Positions 1 through 12,329 are shown, counted from the first letter of the stretch. The stretch is 64,000 nucleotides of DNA from Eledone cirrhosa (GCA_964016885.1 OZ024745.1:50530001-50594000); one strand, 5' to 3'. A program made the numbers and translations. The notes: generated by a model not told the origin, from the letters alone.

Positions 1-138
1 CGCATGTATTTTAATTTTGATTTTAATTTGAATTACTATACAAATATAGTATAGTATAATGTATGCTGCTCCACACTGTACATCAATATATATATATATG
101 TATCTGTATGTCTCTTGCGTCGACTGGGAAGTCAATTA

Positions 139-288
139 TATGTACAAGCATTAAAAATTGCTCCGAAGATTCCAAAATTAGGTTTGGAAGAAACAATTGT
201 AAGTGAATATTTATTCACTTACAATTGTTTGTTTCTTCCAAACCTAGTCTTGGAATCTTCGGAGCAATTTTTAATGCTTTTGAACATA
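139..288. repeat. Fold-back palindrome (~70-bp arms), Penelope-type inverted terminal segment
   Basis: AAGCATTAAAAATTGCTCCGAAGATTCCAA...CAATTGTAAGTGAATA is followed by its near-perfect reverse complement; related to the 9337-9762 inverted repeat. Confidence 0.85.
159..205 (+). ncRNA. Minimal type I hammerhead ribozyme motif, CCGAAGA variant core
   Basis: TGCT-CCGAAGA-TTCCAAA(attagg)TTTGGAA-GAAA-CAATTG-TA-AGTG; the mirror copy at 216-266 (-) has an extra AAAC. Confidence 0.6.
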
Positions 289-443
289 GCTTTGATTCTT
301 GTGAATTCTATATAACTGCTCTGTAGAACAACTGATGTTCTTACATTGAGCTATTTATCTTACTGGTAATAAGGTAGTAATAAATTACTGACCTTCCCTA
401 TTTATGGTTTAAAATATACATAACTATAAATAGTATCCTTAAC

Positions 444-515
<72 letters not shown>

Positions 516-545
516 TATATATATATACTATATATATATATATAA

Positions 546-720
546 CGAAGGAAGTGTGGTAAGGAACCAGATGGACCATAACGCACCAGAGTACTCAATA
601 TTTAGGGTAGTAGAGTGGGTAATAGGAAAATGTTCAAGACCCCAACGGCAGAGCTCAAGCTCTGTCCAGAAATACCCGTCGAAATGGCTTGAGCTCTACC
701 GTCGGGGTCTTGAACATTTT

Positions 721-725
<5 letters not shown>
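546..725. mobile_element. TA-flanked repeat fragment with a 39-bp-arm hairpin (622-660/687-725); second copy at 7697-7820
   Basis: ATAGGAAAATGTTCAAGACCCCAACGGCAGAGCTCAAGC pairs with GCTTGAGCTCTACCGTCGGGGTCTTGAACATTTTCCTAT; 7697-7820 matches the reverse complement of 556-660. Family not identified. Confidence 0.65.
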
Positions 726-761
<36 letters not shown>

Positions 762-879
762 ACATATATGTAATTATATTTAGGTATAATAAGTAAGTAA
801 TAATATTTTTTTGTATTATGATTGCTTATGTGTATATATGTATTACATTACATTTCTTAATAATATATATATATATTCT

Positions 880-2030
880 TTTAATAAGGTGCCAACCACC
901 TCGTTTTCCGAGGTCTTCCACACCATCAAGGTGATGTTCTCCGCATATGCTGACAGCCATTTCAGGTCCTGGTTCGAGCGGGCTGCCCAACAACAGCTCC
1001 AGCTTCCACAGTAAAGTCTTGAGAGCCAATACGTGCAGAAAGGACAAAGGAGGACACCCTTGACAGACCGATCGTGTGATCTGAAACAGTTCCGAAAAAT
1101 GGCCATTTACTTTGACCACCAAACAGATGCCCCTGCGCATTGCAGCCATCCAGCCTCTGAAGTCGGGACCGAAGCCAGCTGCCTTGAAGACAGCCTCCAG
1201 ATATTGATGGTCGACCCTATCGAAAGTTTTCGATTGATCTAAATTGATCATAGCCCCACCGGAACCTTGTTTACACCCTACCCTTTCTATGATGTATCAC
1301 ATGAGGTGGAGATTGTCATATATGGACTGTGGTTAGAAAAAGCTACTTCACTTACCGCTTATTGCTGGCACCGCTAATCCAATGGCTGGTTTCTCCTCTC
1401 CCACGTGCGTACAATCCAACTCGTTATTCGGGAGCTCCAAGACTGACGTCCTCCACCTTCGCTGACCACCCTAAGAGAGGCAGACCTGCTGGCCCTTCCG
1501 GTCGAGCACCCTTCCAGTCAAGCACCCTTCCGGTCAAGCACTCTTCCGGTCGAGCACTCCCCCCAGCCTCCGGCTACCGCACACCACACCATACCCACAT
1601 GGACCTGGTCGGGATTGCGCAAATTTGCACTTCCCCTACCAAACTCTCGACCATAAGCACCAACCTTATCGCTAATACCTTGGCCAAAATCTTCAAATCT
1701 GTGTTTAGCAGAGTTGTGGACCTAAAATTGTCTAAAGTATCCATCTCGTTCTCACCTTCCTCAGCGTTACTAAATCCTGGCTCACATAACTGGGAATACT
1801 CCCGTTCTGCTGCCAGTTGCAGTAGACCGCTTCGAGGAGATCGGAGAACAAGTCTGGCATATCTACGTAAAACTCGTAGGGCGGACCAGCAAAACCGAGT
1901 GACTTGTGCTTCGTGCAACCGACCAGTGCATTCCGAATTTCGACTGATGTTATCGACTTTTCGCAGCACTCAGCATTGACTGGGAAGAGTCACGGGAGAC
2001 CGTTGAGATAGGAACACTTCACGTCCCTGA
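880..2030 (-). mobile_element. Degenerate L1/Tx1-type non-LTR retrotransposon RT fragments
   Basis: Peptides DNFRSTTLLNTDLKILAKVLAIRL, INLDQSKTFDRVDHQYL, VKVNGHFSELFQITRSVCQGCP and SAYAEN lie across frameshifted ORFs. Confidence 0.8.
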
Positions 2031-2039
2031 TTGTCACTT

Positions 2040-3120
2040 CTCAAGACATTGGCAAACTTTCTTTTTTCAACCTCTCTCCAAGCTGTGTATACCTGACGTC
2101 TAGCTTCTCTCTTAGCTACCTGGACTGGTCTCTGCTACCCCCATTTTCCCAGTCTTTCCACGCTTGTCCTTTGGCTTTGACTCTATCACATCACCCTCTG
2201 TCTGACTGGCGTTTTACTCCAGCCACACGTCTCATCAGTAGTTCGCAGACGGTTGTCATGCAAGAATTCCTAATTGTCTTATGTATCTAGCTGTATCTAG
2301 CTCATCACTCCTCTCATCAAATGCATCCCATAGGGCCTTTCCAAGCCTAAATTTAACTGAAAGGTCCTTTAGTTTCCAAACCCTCAATCTCCATATTTTC
2401 CTGTTTATCTTGTTCCATCTTGTGCCTATTGGTGATGTCACTAACAATCTCCTTGTGGTGGGCGGAACATTCTTTCCCAAAGAAGGCTTTAGCATTTATT
2501 ACAGTTCATTTATTTCATTATCATACAAGAAATCAATTTGGCTTGTGTTTGCCTGATTGATATGTGACGAGATGACTAGCTGGTTTCCTGAAATTAATGT
2601 TGCAAATGGTTAGTGACAGAACTGTAGGAGAGCCTCACTCCCTCTTCAGTTCTTGGGCCATAACCATAGCCGTCGTGAGCTCTGGTACAGTCCTTTGAAG
2701 TCGCCTGCCAGGATGATGAGGTCTCTTTCATCAATAGCTGATGTCGTTAAAAGTTCCTCATAGAACCTGTCCTTTTGTTCTTTACTCAATCCTGCCTGTG
2801 GTGCATAGGTAGATGTAATTGTCACCATTCTAATTCGTACAGCTATTGTAAGCTTGATAATTCTGTCACTTACTGTAACTACTCCTATCACCTTATCTAT
2901 CCATTTCTCAGCTTGTAGGATGCCTACGCATCCTACCTCATTGTCATTTCTTATCCAGTAGAGTTTGTATCTATGCTGTTTGCCTGTGAGTAGTCACACT
3001 AAGGCATCCCTCCATCTCACCTCGTGTATACAGCATACATCCACTTCTCTCCTCTCTAACAGCTCGACATTCTCAGCTAAGTTACCCTTCAGGGTGCCAA
3101 CATTGAGGGTGGTAGCCAAC
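2040..3120 (-). mobile_element. Degenerate RTE LINE, endonuclease (APE) region
   Basis: VSDRIIKL...TITSTYAPQAGL...DRFYEEL...IILAGDF and RKIWRLRVWKLKD are homologous to the intact RTE ORFs in this window. Confidence 0.8.
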
Positions 3121-4012
3121 AATTTAAACTGCTACCACCTCTGTTGGTCAACACTAGCAACACTACGGACAAAAATATGAACTTTCCTCTCTAAATATGT
3201 ATGTAAAAACTAAACATTTTTTTCTCCATTTTATTATTATTCGTATAAATATGCAATTTAACTGCACTGTAAACTTCCGTCGTTGAAAAAGCATATAAAG
3301 CTGAAACCGGTACACGATTAAATGCGGAAATTCCTACTTTATAAATAAATGTTTTGATGTTACACTGAAAAAATCCCTCTACCATTTTCTACTGTATTTT
3401 TTGCCTTTTTACTATTTGTTTATATATATATCAACTCGTGTGTCACTTCCTTACATTCCATTTCCTTCTCTCTCTTCCTTTTCTCTCTCTCTTTCTCTCC
3501 CCCTCTCTGTCTATCCATCTGCTCTTTTTCGAACTGGTCTCACACATGTCGTCAACCCGCTTGGATTATCTCACTTTCCCTTTTCCCTCTCACTTCCGGT
3601 TTCTCTGTCTATCTCTCTCTCTCTATCTACACCCACTTTGCAGAAATCGCACAGAAAAACCCCGCTCCTAGTTATATTTTCTCCTCGGTTACCCACTTGC
3701 ATGTGCCATTGTCTCGTGTCCCCGCTCCATTCGGTTAGTTTACTTCGTTTTTTCCTCTTTCCTTTTTTCTCTTTGTTTTCCTCTCTCTTCATTATCTTAT
3801 CTTTTTTCCCCTCGGGGCCTTTTGATTGATAAAAGGCCTTAGGCGCGCTACTGATCGATTTCTATGTCCTGTTTTAAGCGCTGAAACATCTATGATCTGC
3901 AGTTAACAGCTGATGAAGGGGTTCTTCTCTTGTTTCGTCCATATTAACATCTTAAACTTTGTTTACAGTAACCACACAGCCCGCTTCGTTTCTTGTAATT
4001 ATATATATATAT

Positions 4013-4074
<62 letters not shown>

Positions 4075-4460
4075 GGGAGCAGTTGGAAACTAGAATGCTT
4101 CTCTTACAGGATTTACAGCCCTCTACCAATTGGGCATTACGATCGGTGGAAACTCCACCTAGGCGTTCTATAGAGAGTTCCAAAATCCAGGGCCTTCTCA
4201 CTCTTGTTGGAGGAACCCCTCCCTGGTTAGCCAGCCGATCTATGTTTGCCCTTGTTTTAGGGGAAAACTCTGAGCATCGACGAAAATCATTCTTTTCGGG
4301 AGGACTTACATCCCGGGGCCCATGGATAATTCCCAGAAATCACTTGCCCGCCAGTTCGAGATAAACTCTAAAGCATGAACGTGCTGCCAGCCGGGCCTGT
4401 CCGCGATACGTGCAGGGTGACGAAACCACCCTGCAAGCACTCATCCAGCACTGATTCGTC
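4075..4460 (+). mobile_element. Probable L1/Tx1-type ORF2 C-terminal (zinc-knuckle region) remnant
   Basis: GC-richer island ending in a degenerate RACPRYVQGDETTLQALIQH peptide that resembles CPxC...ETxxH. Confidence 0.45.
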
Positions 4461-6066
4461 TGTGTCTATGTACACTTCAATACAAGATGTAATTTAAAGA
4501 GATAGTTTGCTCAATTAAATATATTCAGGTGTGATGCGCGTTTCGCGATTGATTACCTCCAGGTACGATCCATATTGATCGGGCCCGACTCTGGAATCAA
4601 TAGCTCATCAGACTCGTGGTTTCCTTAATGATGAGAGATATTCGCGTACAGCTTTAAATTACCATTTGTCATTCACTTCAGGTGTTCTGCAATTCTTTGT
4701 TTTGATTGGGTGGTTGGCGGGTAAAATAGAGTAAAGAAGAGAAGGGAAAAGATAGGAAGGAAAGGAAATGAGATAAAAAGAGAAAGAAAAGAAAGGAAAG
4801 AGAGTGAGTGTGGAAGGAGAGAAAGAAAAGTAGAAAGAGAATAAGGATAAGAAGGGAGAGAATGGAAGTATTCAGCATGTTGGACAGAGTAGAAAAGGGT
4901 CAAGGGGATAGATAGGGATAGGAGATAAGAATGAATGGGAGGCAAGAGAAAAGGTAGAAGAGAAAAAAGGAGAGTCAAATTAATTATAGGTATAGATGAC
5001 GGTAAGATAAAATGATAATTGTTTCTACTTTTGGCACAAGGCCAGTAATTATCTCAGTACGTTACTGGTACTTTATTTTATCGAGTAAGGATGAAAGGCA
5101 AAGTTAACTTCGGCGGGTTTTGAACTCAGATCATAAAGGGACGTAACTCTATGCTTCAAATCATGGTGTCCAATTCTCTACCAATACTGTCAATCCACCA
5201 TGGTAATGAAAATAAAAAATAAAGAAGTTTTGGGGCGTGAATTGGGTTCTTAATATTTTGAAGTGACTAGCTTCCATTGATGTGTGTACCCTGAGCTGAT
5301 CGATATGGAAACAATTGTAATATGCAAATAAAGTTTGTACATATGCTGCAACATTGACTTCGACTCTTTTAAATCTATTTACACTGTACACTACAGTCGT
5401 AACACATACATGGTTGGTTAGATCACACGAAAGCTACAAATACATACACACACATCTAAAGACAGAGAGAGAGAGACACACACACACAGAGGGAGAAGCA
5501 GAAAGGGGAGATAGGCTTTTACAGAGAGAGATACAATTAAAATGTTAGATATTCAGAGAGAGCGAGTGACGCCCCACAAAAGTATCAGTAGAAGGTTTAA
5601 CAATATTGCGTTAGCTTTTATAAAGTCGTTTTCCAAGTCTCTGATTTTACAGAACAAAGAAAAATTTATACAATGAACTGATGAATTTAATACTATGAAT
5701 TGATAAATTTGAATGAAACTACGAAACTACGCCGGAAGTCAACACTGTCTAATACACACACATAACTACATTCTGTGTACTCTATGAGGAGTTTTAAGAC
5801 TTTCGTCAAAACGTCTGCGTATGTAAACACATACAGTATGTTGTATGGTTACGGAGGAAACGAGAGGATGCGAGAGAAAAACAACGATAATCGATAAAAT
5901 AATGAAGTAAATAGATGTTGATAAAAGCGATAGTGAATATTTTAACCAATATCATCTCTACATTACGTTTTATTCTTCGTTCCCTGCTTTCTGTTTCAGC
6001 CACAGAATTAACAGTTATAAAGAAAAAAGCACCTGTAAGCAGAAATTCTTGATTAGTATAATTTCC

Positions 6067-6475
6067 ATGGAGTTTATCAACGATCCGAATTACCTGAAGA
6101 TCGAGTCAGTTCGCCTAGACACATTCCATACATGGCCCCTAAACTGTGCAGTATCGAGAGAAGAAGTTGCCCGTCAGGGCTTCTATTACACAGGCCATAA
6201 TGATGCAGTTGCTTGTGTATTTTGTAGGGGACATTTAGAGAAATGGTGCCAGAACGATGTAGTGTCAATAGAACACAGCAAGTGGTTTCCAGACTGTCCC
6301 TTTGTACAGGGCAGAGATTGTGGTAATGTTCCGAGGCAAAATACTAACCCAAGGATTCCAGCCTACACATATTTTTACGACCGCCTGGACAGTTTTGTCA
6401 CCGCTTCATCGTGGGCCACCACAATGGACAACATCTCTCCCGATAAAATGGCAAGCGCTGGCTTCTTCTATATAG
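6067..6475 (+). CDS. Inhibitor of apoptosis (BIR-BIR-RING) exon 1: BIR1 and first half of BIR2
   Basis: ATG 6067; ESVRLDTFHTWP...ARQGFYYTGHNDAVACVFC...EHSKWFPDCPF (CX2CX16HX6C); then RLDSF...MASAGFFYIG; phase-1 donor G|GTGTGT at 6476. Confidence 0.93.
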
Positions 6476-6564
6476 GTGTGTTTCTATTAATTCTTATTAC
6501 ACTTGTAGAACAATTTGTGTGTGTATATATCTATATGTGAGTGTGTGTATGTATATATATATAT

Positions 6565-6890
6565 ATCATCATCATCATCATCATACGTCCTCTTTTCCCT
6601 GCTTGCAATAGTGGGACGGGTCCTATTCAGCACAGCATATCTCCACTTGTCACGGTCCTTCGTCATCTCCGTGAGCTTCAGTGATCTGAGGTTCGCTCTC
6701 ACCACCTCCGCCCATCTTTTTCGGGGTCTTCCTCTACTGCGTCTTCCTTCTACTAGCATTTCTTAGCACTTCTTTACCCAGCGGTCATCCTCTATGCGCA
6801 TTACATGTCCATACCATTGCATTCTTCTCTTCCACACACTACAACTTATCCCACTTATACACAGTTTCTCTCTCAACTCATCCAGTAGCC
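6565..6890 (-). mobile_element. 5'-truncated RTE LINE 3' end with (GAT)n tail
   Basis: RRMQWYGHVMRIEDDRWVKKC, EGRRSRGRPRKRW; (CAT)n at 6565-6583. Confidence 0.85.
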
Positions 6891-7330
6891 GACTGGGTCT
6901 CAAAATATTGGTTGCCAAGAGATAAAGGGGGCCCACCCATATATATAATGCTATCATTTAATTTTTATAATGAACTAGACCACTTGTTGGGTCACATTCA
7001 CTTCAAATTATTAAAAAAAAATCAGGTTCACTTAAAAATAATTTTTAAATAATTAAAATATACACAGACACGTATATAATGTGAAATGAAACTAGAAGGC
7101 CCATATATATACGCGTGTGTATGTATATATATATAAATGTTTGCGTTTATATACACACATATTTATATACACATTTATAATATATATATAAACATTTTGA
7201 GTAAATGTTGGTTGTATACCAACAACTCAGTACGCCGATTGGAGCACTCGACGAAGTGCGCAGGTTGGTTTTGTTACTCCGGAGTAATGTAAAATAAAAT
7301 AAATAAGTCAAATGTTTAAAATTTGGCTTC

Positions 7331-7624
7331 GTTTATTACTGCTATATATATTGCGGTGACAGCCTTCTTTGGCTGTGACCTCTTCAGGCAGTCCGAATTA
7401 GTGTGGTAGAGACGAGTACACATGTTGTTGAGGTGTATAACTTTGTCAATACTCTGATATGCCCAATTCCTGGTTGGGTTGTTACCAGGAACTGGGCATA
7501 GAGTATTGACAAAGTTATACACCTCAACAACATGTGTACTCGTCTCTACCACACTAATTCGGACTGCCTGAAGAGGTCACAGCCAAAGATGGCCGTCACC
7601 GAAACATATATAGCAGTAATAAAC
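7331..7624. repeat. ~294-bp palindrome with a hammerhead motif in each arm
   Basis: 7331-7455 is the reverse complement of 7500-7624; the spacer is itself a hairpin (TATGCCCAATTCCTGGT...ACCAGGAACTGGGCATA). Confidence 0.9.
7563..7617 (+). ncRNA. Minimal type I hammerhead ribozyme motif
   Basis: ACTGC-CTGAAGA-GGTCACAGCCA(aaga)TGGCCGTCACC-GAAA-CATATA-TA-GCAGT; stem I ACTGC/GCAGT is perfect. The mirror copy at 7338-7392 (-) has GAAA->GCAA. Confidence 0.7.
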
Positions 7625-7656
7625 ATTTCACTTATTTATTTTATTTTATTTTATTT

Positions 7657-7703
<47 letters not shown>

Positions 7704-7828
7704 GCCGTCAAAACGGCTTGAGCTCTGCCGTCGGGGTCATACTTTTTCCTATTTCCCACTCTACTACCCTAAGTATTGAATACTCTGGTGCGTTATGGTC
7801 CATTTGGTTCCTTACCACAATTCCTTTG

Positions 7829-7869
<41 letters not shown>

Positions 7870-9300
7870 GGTGTCTGTGATCTATATACACTGGTCATAG
7901 AAACATACATATATATATACACACACACTCATATATATATATATATACACAACACCACCACCAGCTCTGTCTCCTCTCTCCCTCTCTATGTCTCTCTTTC
8001 AATCTACTCCTCACAACCACTCTCTTTCTCTCTATCTTTCTCTCTCTGTTTATGAAGGTACCCAGAAAAACCCCATATCTCGAAATTTGTTTTATCCCAT
8101 TTGTATTCCCATTTCAGTGTCAACTTCCTTTCAAAGTATTTTCCCATTACGCGCCCTTTTGGCTGCATTACATTACAGACAAGCAAGCAAGCAATCAGAC
8201 TGTTTGTATTATATAAGCTAGCAGAAAAACCAACCTTCGGGTGGTTTTCTGCTAGCATGTGTAATGTGTATATTGATATTATACGCAGGTATATATACAT
8301 GTAGATATGATATATCAAATAAAATCGTAATTGACAATATATAATACATAGAAATTGAACGAAGACTGCGTTACACTGTCTTATTTAATCAGTAACGTAA
8401 TCCATGATACATTAAAAAAGACATTATATATAAACTGCATTAGGAGAAAATTAGTGACAGAAATATATGAATATTTATTTAAACGATCGCTAACCGGAAG
8501 TGTTGACATTTGAAAATTTTAAAGAAGTGAATCTTTAAATAAGTAATAAAATATATTTAATAAACAGCCACGAAATTTAGTAGATAAATTATGTAATATT
8601 CATTCATTATTTATTCAAAGTAATCCAACTTATTTTACTAAGGGGATAAAAAATTATAAACCATACGCAGTCCTGCGCTTCTTACTTTATTATAGTTTAG
8701 ATAGATAAATAACATTTCAAAAAATACATAAGTGAAAACAAAACAGTGCAATTAAAATTTTTCGGAAAAATGTGTATTTTTTTTTCACTAATTATAATGT
8801 ATATATACTGTATACTGTACATATTACTGGCAATATACAATAATACTAAATGTTAATACAGAATGTTATAATTGATTTTTTTTAATAATTGTGATTGTAT
8901 AGTATACTATTATTTAGAGTAGAGTATGCAAGGGACTGTTCTTAACTTCTCCAATAAAAAATATACACATCCAGAGACTTTCAATAATGACCTTTGGTCT
9001 TTCACACTCACTCACTATATATATATCTGGGACTGAAGAACTGACCACTAAGCGCATCTCCCTTACCATCCTCCGGGGAAACGCCTTCTCCATTCTGTCC
9101 GCCGGGGCTGTGGGGAGGCCAGCACGTGGGACCCCATTTGCCCACCATACGGAGGCGATGACAGTGGGAGTTCAGGTGTTTCTTTCAAGTTTACTTAGGT
9201 TACTATTTTCTATATTGTTAATAACAACGACTAAAAACATTGGTTTTTACAAGTTTTTAACCCATTGATATAAAAAATTATTTGGCCAGCAGCTTGTGTG

Positions 9301-9336
<36 letters not shown>

Positions 9337-9338
<2 letters not shown>

Positions 9339-9762
9339 CAAAGTGTTAAAACGATCAAATTTTAGTTTAGAACATTTATTTGCTGACAATTGTTTCTTCC
9401 AGAGGGAAGTCTGGAATCAACAGAGCATAAGGAATGTCGAAACATGTTACTAAAGTCCTAGTCATTTAGAACATTTAGGGTATATAATTGTTGTGCTTTT
9501 TAGTTATACCTATTACACTTTCAACCAGTGCTGCCTGTAATTGTGTTCTCTCAAGCAGAACATCTTTTTAACTCCTGACTCTCCACATGATCCCTATGAC
9601 ACTAACAACAATTATGTACCCTAAATGTTCTGAATGACTAGGATTTTAGTAACATGTTTCGACATTACTTATGCTCCGATGATTCCAGACTTCCCTCTGG
9701 AAGAAACAATTGTCAGCAAATAAATGTTCTAAACTAAAATTTGATCGTTTTAACACTTTGTA
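9337..9762. repeat. Inverted repeat, ~157-bp arms (9337-9493/9606-9762), next to (TA)n
   Basis: Arms are near-perfect reverse complements; each carries a hammerhead motif. Confidence 0.9.
9672..9718 (+). ncRNA. Minimal type I hammerhead ribozyme motif, CCGATGA variant core, GUC cleavage triplet
   Basis: TGCT-CCGATGA-TTCCAGA(cttccc)TCTGGAA-GAAA-CAATTG-TC-AGCA: perfect stems I and II, palindromic stem III. The mirror copy at 9381-9427 (-) has core CTGTTGA. Confidence 0.7.
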
Positions 9763-9881
9763 TCTCGGCTCTGTAAAACATTTGAAAATTTGCATTGAGC
9801 CTCTTGTCATACCGGTAACCGGATAGTACTTAGTACATATTTATAGTTATATCAAAAATATATAAATATAAATATTCTTAT

Positions 9882-9922
<41 letters not shown>

Positions 9923-10291
9923 TCTTTTTTCTTAACTATATATTTAAAATGTAAACTCAACATCCTTCGTAATTTTATATTAGAAATGTAAACAAACTAA
10001 TACGTGCGTTATATATCTATAAAAAATAACAGCATATAATTCACCAGTAATATTTATATTTATTAATCTATATAGATATTTATATATTTACAATCTGTTG
10101 TAATATAATAAGATAAAATGTACTTACAACCATAATTCTTCATATAATCTAATTATAATGATTATATGTATAATATTGATTTAGTTAAATATTTGTTAAA
10201 TTCTGGATTGATATTCCACCACTTCAACAAACTTTTAATTTTTAAATTCACATACAATGTAATACTATTAATAGTATTACGGTCTGCCTAC

Positions 10292-10830
10292 AAAATAGAC
10301 GGTAGCTACGGAGTAGGCAGACCGAGAAAAACCTGGAACGACTTGATAAAATCCGACCTCACACACTTACACCTCTCCAAGACAATGTCACTGGACCGAG
10401 ATCTTTGGCGCTACGTAATACAGAAGACCTGCCTTGCCTAAGTACAAAGCGAAACCTACAGTCAGTAGGCACCTCTTAACCAAAATACACCCCCTCCCAA
10501 CCCTACCCCCACCGCCATCTACACAACCCCTTTTGATGTAAAGCTATGTTGGTACCACAACATCCAGTCCTAAATAAATGAGGTCGTGTAGGTGTCAAGA
10601 CAAAAAAAACACACAGTCCACGCTGTAATGTGGCCGTGTAGGTAACACGGTAAAAACCTCCCAGTCCACACTGTAAACGTGGTTGCTGTTAAGAAGGGTA
10701 TCCAGCCATAGAAAACCCGCCAGACAGTCCTGAGCAAGACAACCAATCTTGCCTCAAGTGGGACAATTCCCGTCCAGACCCATGCTAGCATGGAAAATGG
10801 ACGTTAAACGATGATGATGATGATGATGAT
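10292..10830 (+). mobile_element. 5'-truncated RTE LINE 3' end
   Basis: KIDGSYGVGRPRKTWNDLIKSDLTHLHLSKTMSLDRDLWRY, followed by the 3'UTR and (GAT)n tail. Confidence 0.9.
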
Positions 10831-11070
10831 AAGCTTCTCTTTCATCTTCCCACATATATATATCCTAATAATTATTTAAATCTACCTAGCGTCTAAAAAT
10901 AACAATTTTTTCAGCCCTACGCTTCAACTTCATTTGCATATTCATCAAAATAATTTGAAATATTTGTTTTTTCCCTTTCCTCCCCCTTTCCCTCTTACTA
11001 TCCAAACGGAACTTGAACCGTTAAGGTCTGATTCCTGGGCATGTCACTATTTATAAAACAAACTTTGTAT

Positions 11071-11125
11071 TTTATCTGATGAGGGCGTACCAAAGTTTTT
11101 GTACCCTTGAAATATATATAATAGA
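11071..11125 (+). ncRNA. Minimal type I hammerhead ribozyme motif
   Basis: TTTAT-CTGATGA-GGGCGTAC(caaagttttt)GTACCCTT-GAAA-TATATA-TA-ATAGA; same family at 19506-19560 and 22358-22412 (both -). Confidence 0.75.
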
Positions 11126-11171
11126 ATAAATATGGTTTTATAAATATAGTTTCCATTTATTAATATCATTG

Positions 11172-11202
<31 letters not shown>

Positions 11203-11206
11203 ATGT

Positions 11207-11460
11207 AAAACGAAAAATCAGTGATGCATCTGAACTCAATTTATTGTGTGTTACAATTGTTTCGCAGGCGGACAGCTCGAGATGAGATCATTGTGTGGAT
11301 CTGTCTGATTCTAGACCAGCAGGTTCGCCGGACACGTTTAATTAGTGTCCGTTGAACCTGCAGGTCCAGAATCAGACAGACCCACACAATGATCGTGTCT
11401 TGAGCTGTCCGCCGGCGACACAATAAATTGAGTTCAGATGCATCACTGATTTTTCGTTTT
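11207..11460. repeat. ~254-bp palindrome containing a degenerate hammerhead-like motif with a long stem II
   Basis: Arms 11207-11335 and ~11346-11460. The minus strand of 11248-11335 reads GTGT-CCGGCGA-...-CCTGC-GAAA-CAATTG-TA-ACAC; the right arm lacks the GAAACAATTGTA block. Confidence 0.8.
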
Positions 11461-11555
11461 CTATTCTATCATACTCTGCTCTGTAAGAGCATAGAGTGCT
11501 CAACTGGCATACCGCCTATGGAAGCATCTTAGCTACCATCAGGCACACACACACA

Positions 11556-11611
<56 letters not shown>

Positions 11612-11825
11612 GGAGGTGAGTTTTATTGTAGTACAATAAAACAATGCAGATATCGAATAAGTAGCACTCTACAGTTTGTGGACTGGAGTATAAATAATAT
11701 ATCCTTTCCAACCCCCACCTCATTTTTTTCCCAATATCACACATCAATCTTAAATTACTTTTCATATGTTGATTTAAAACTTCACTATTCACAAATGTTT
11801 TTTAACCTTCATATCATGTATCCCT

Positions 11826-11894
11826 ATTTTATCTGACGAAAACGCAAATGTCATCTCATTATGATATTTGTTTTTGAAATGTGCATAATAAAAT
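11826..11894 (+). ncRNA. Minimal type I hammerhead ribozyme motif
   Basis: ATTTTAT-CTGACGA-AAACGCAAATGTCAT...ATGATATTTGTTTTT-GAAA-TGTGCA-TA-ATAAAAT; 7-bp stem I; related copies at 45624-45690 and 51825-51891 (-). Confidence 0.78.
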
Positions 11895-11992
11895 GCATGG
11901 AACTCTTTTAACCATCTTTTGATCTTATATATATATATATATATATATATAAGATCAAAAGATGGTTAAAAGAGTCCATGTGCATATATATA

Positions 11993-12320
11993 TGGCTTAG
12001 TGGTTAGAGCATTGGCCTTGCAATCAAAAGGTTGTGAGTTCAATTCTCAGACTAGGTGATGTGTTGTTTCCTTGAGCAAGACACTTTATTTCACATTGCT
12101 CTAGTTTACTCAGCTGTAGAAATGAGATGATAGGGACTGGGGTACCTATCATTCCACTGCAAAGTGGTCGTGGAGGTGCCATGGCAAAAAAGCACCCAGC
12201 ACTCACTGTAAATGAGGTTGGTGTTAGGAAGGGCATCCAACTGTAGAAATCAAGCCAGAATCAGTTCCCGTCCCACCCTTGCAAGCAGGGAAAAGCGGAC
12301 ATAAAAATGATGATGATGAT
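11993..12320 (+). mobile_element. tRNA-derived SINE with CORE-like middle and RTE-derived 3' tail
   Basis: A box TGGCTTAGTGG, B box GAGTTCAATTC, CCTTGAGCAAGACACTT core; tail GGTTGGTGTTAGGAAGGGCATCCAACTGTAGAAA shared with the RTE 3'UTR; ends in (GAT)n. Confidence 0.88.
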
Positions 12321-12329
12321 ACATACATA

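Noticed and set aside
3909-3975. CTGATGA followed by a possible hammerhead
   Set aside because: No GAAA in register and no clear stems. The same lack of stems applies to CTGATGA at ~5678 and ~60896, and to GAAACGATCG at ~48937.
5725-5775. ETS-like CCGGAAGT and ACTACA motifs as the IAP promoter
   Set aside because: Short motifs; CCGGAAGT also occurs in the intron (~8494) and the transcription start is unknown.
6476-6540. Hydrophobic tail of the 163-aa ORF as a membrane-anchored single-BIR protein
   Set aside because: Read-through past a donor whose phase matches exon 2; no evidence for such an isoform.
11993-12062. tRNA-Cys-like gene
   Set aside because: It is a SINE head: it continues into the CORE-like block and RTE tail and recurs in several copies.
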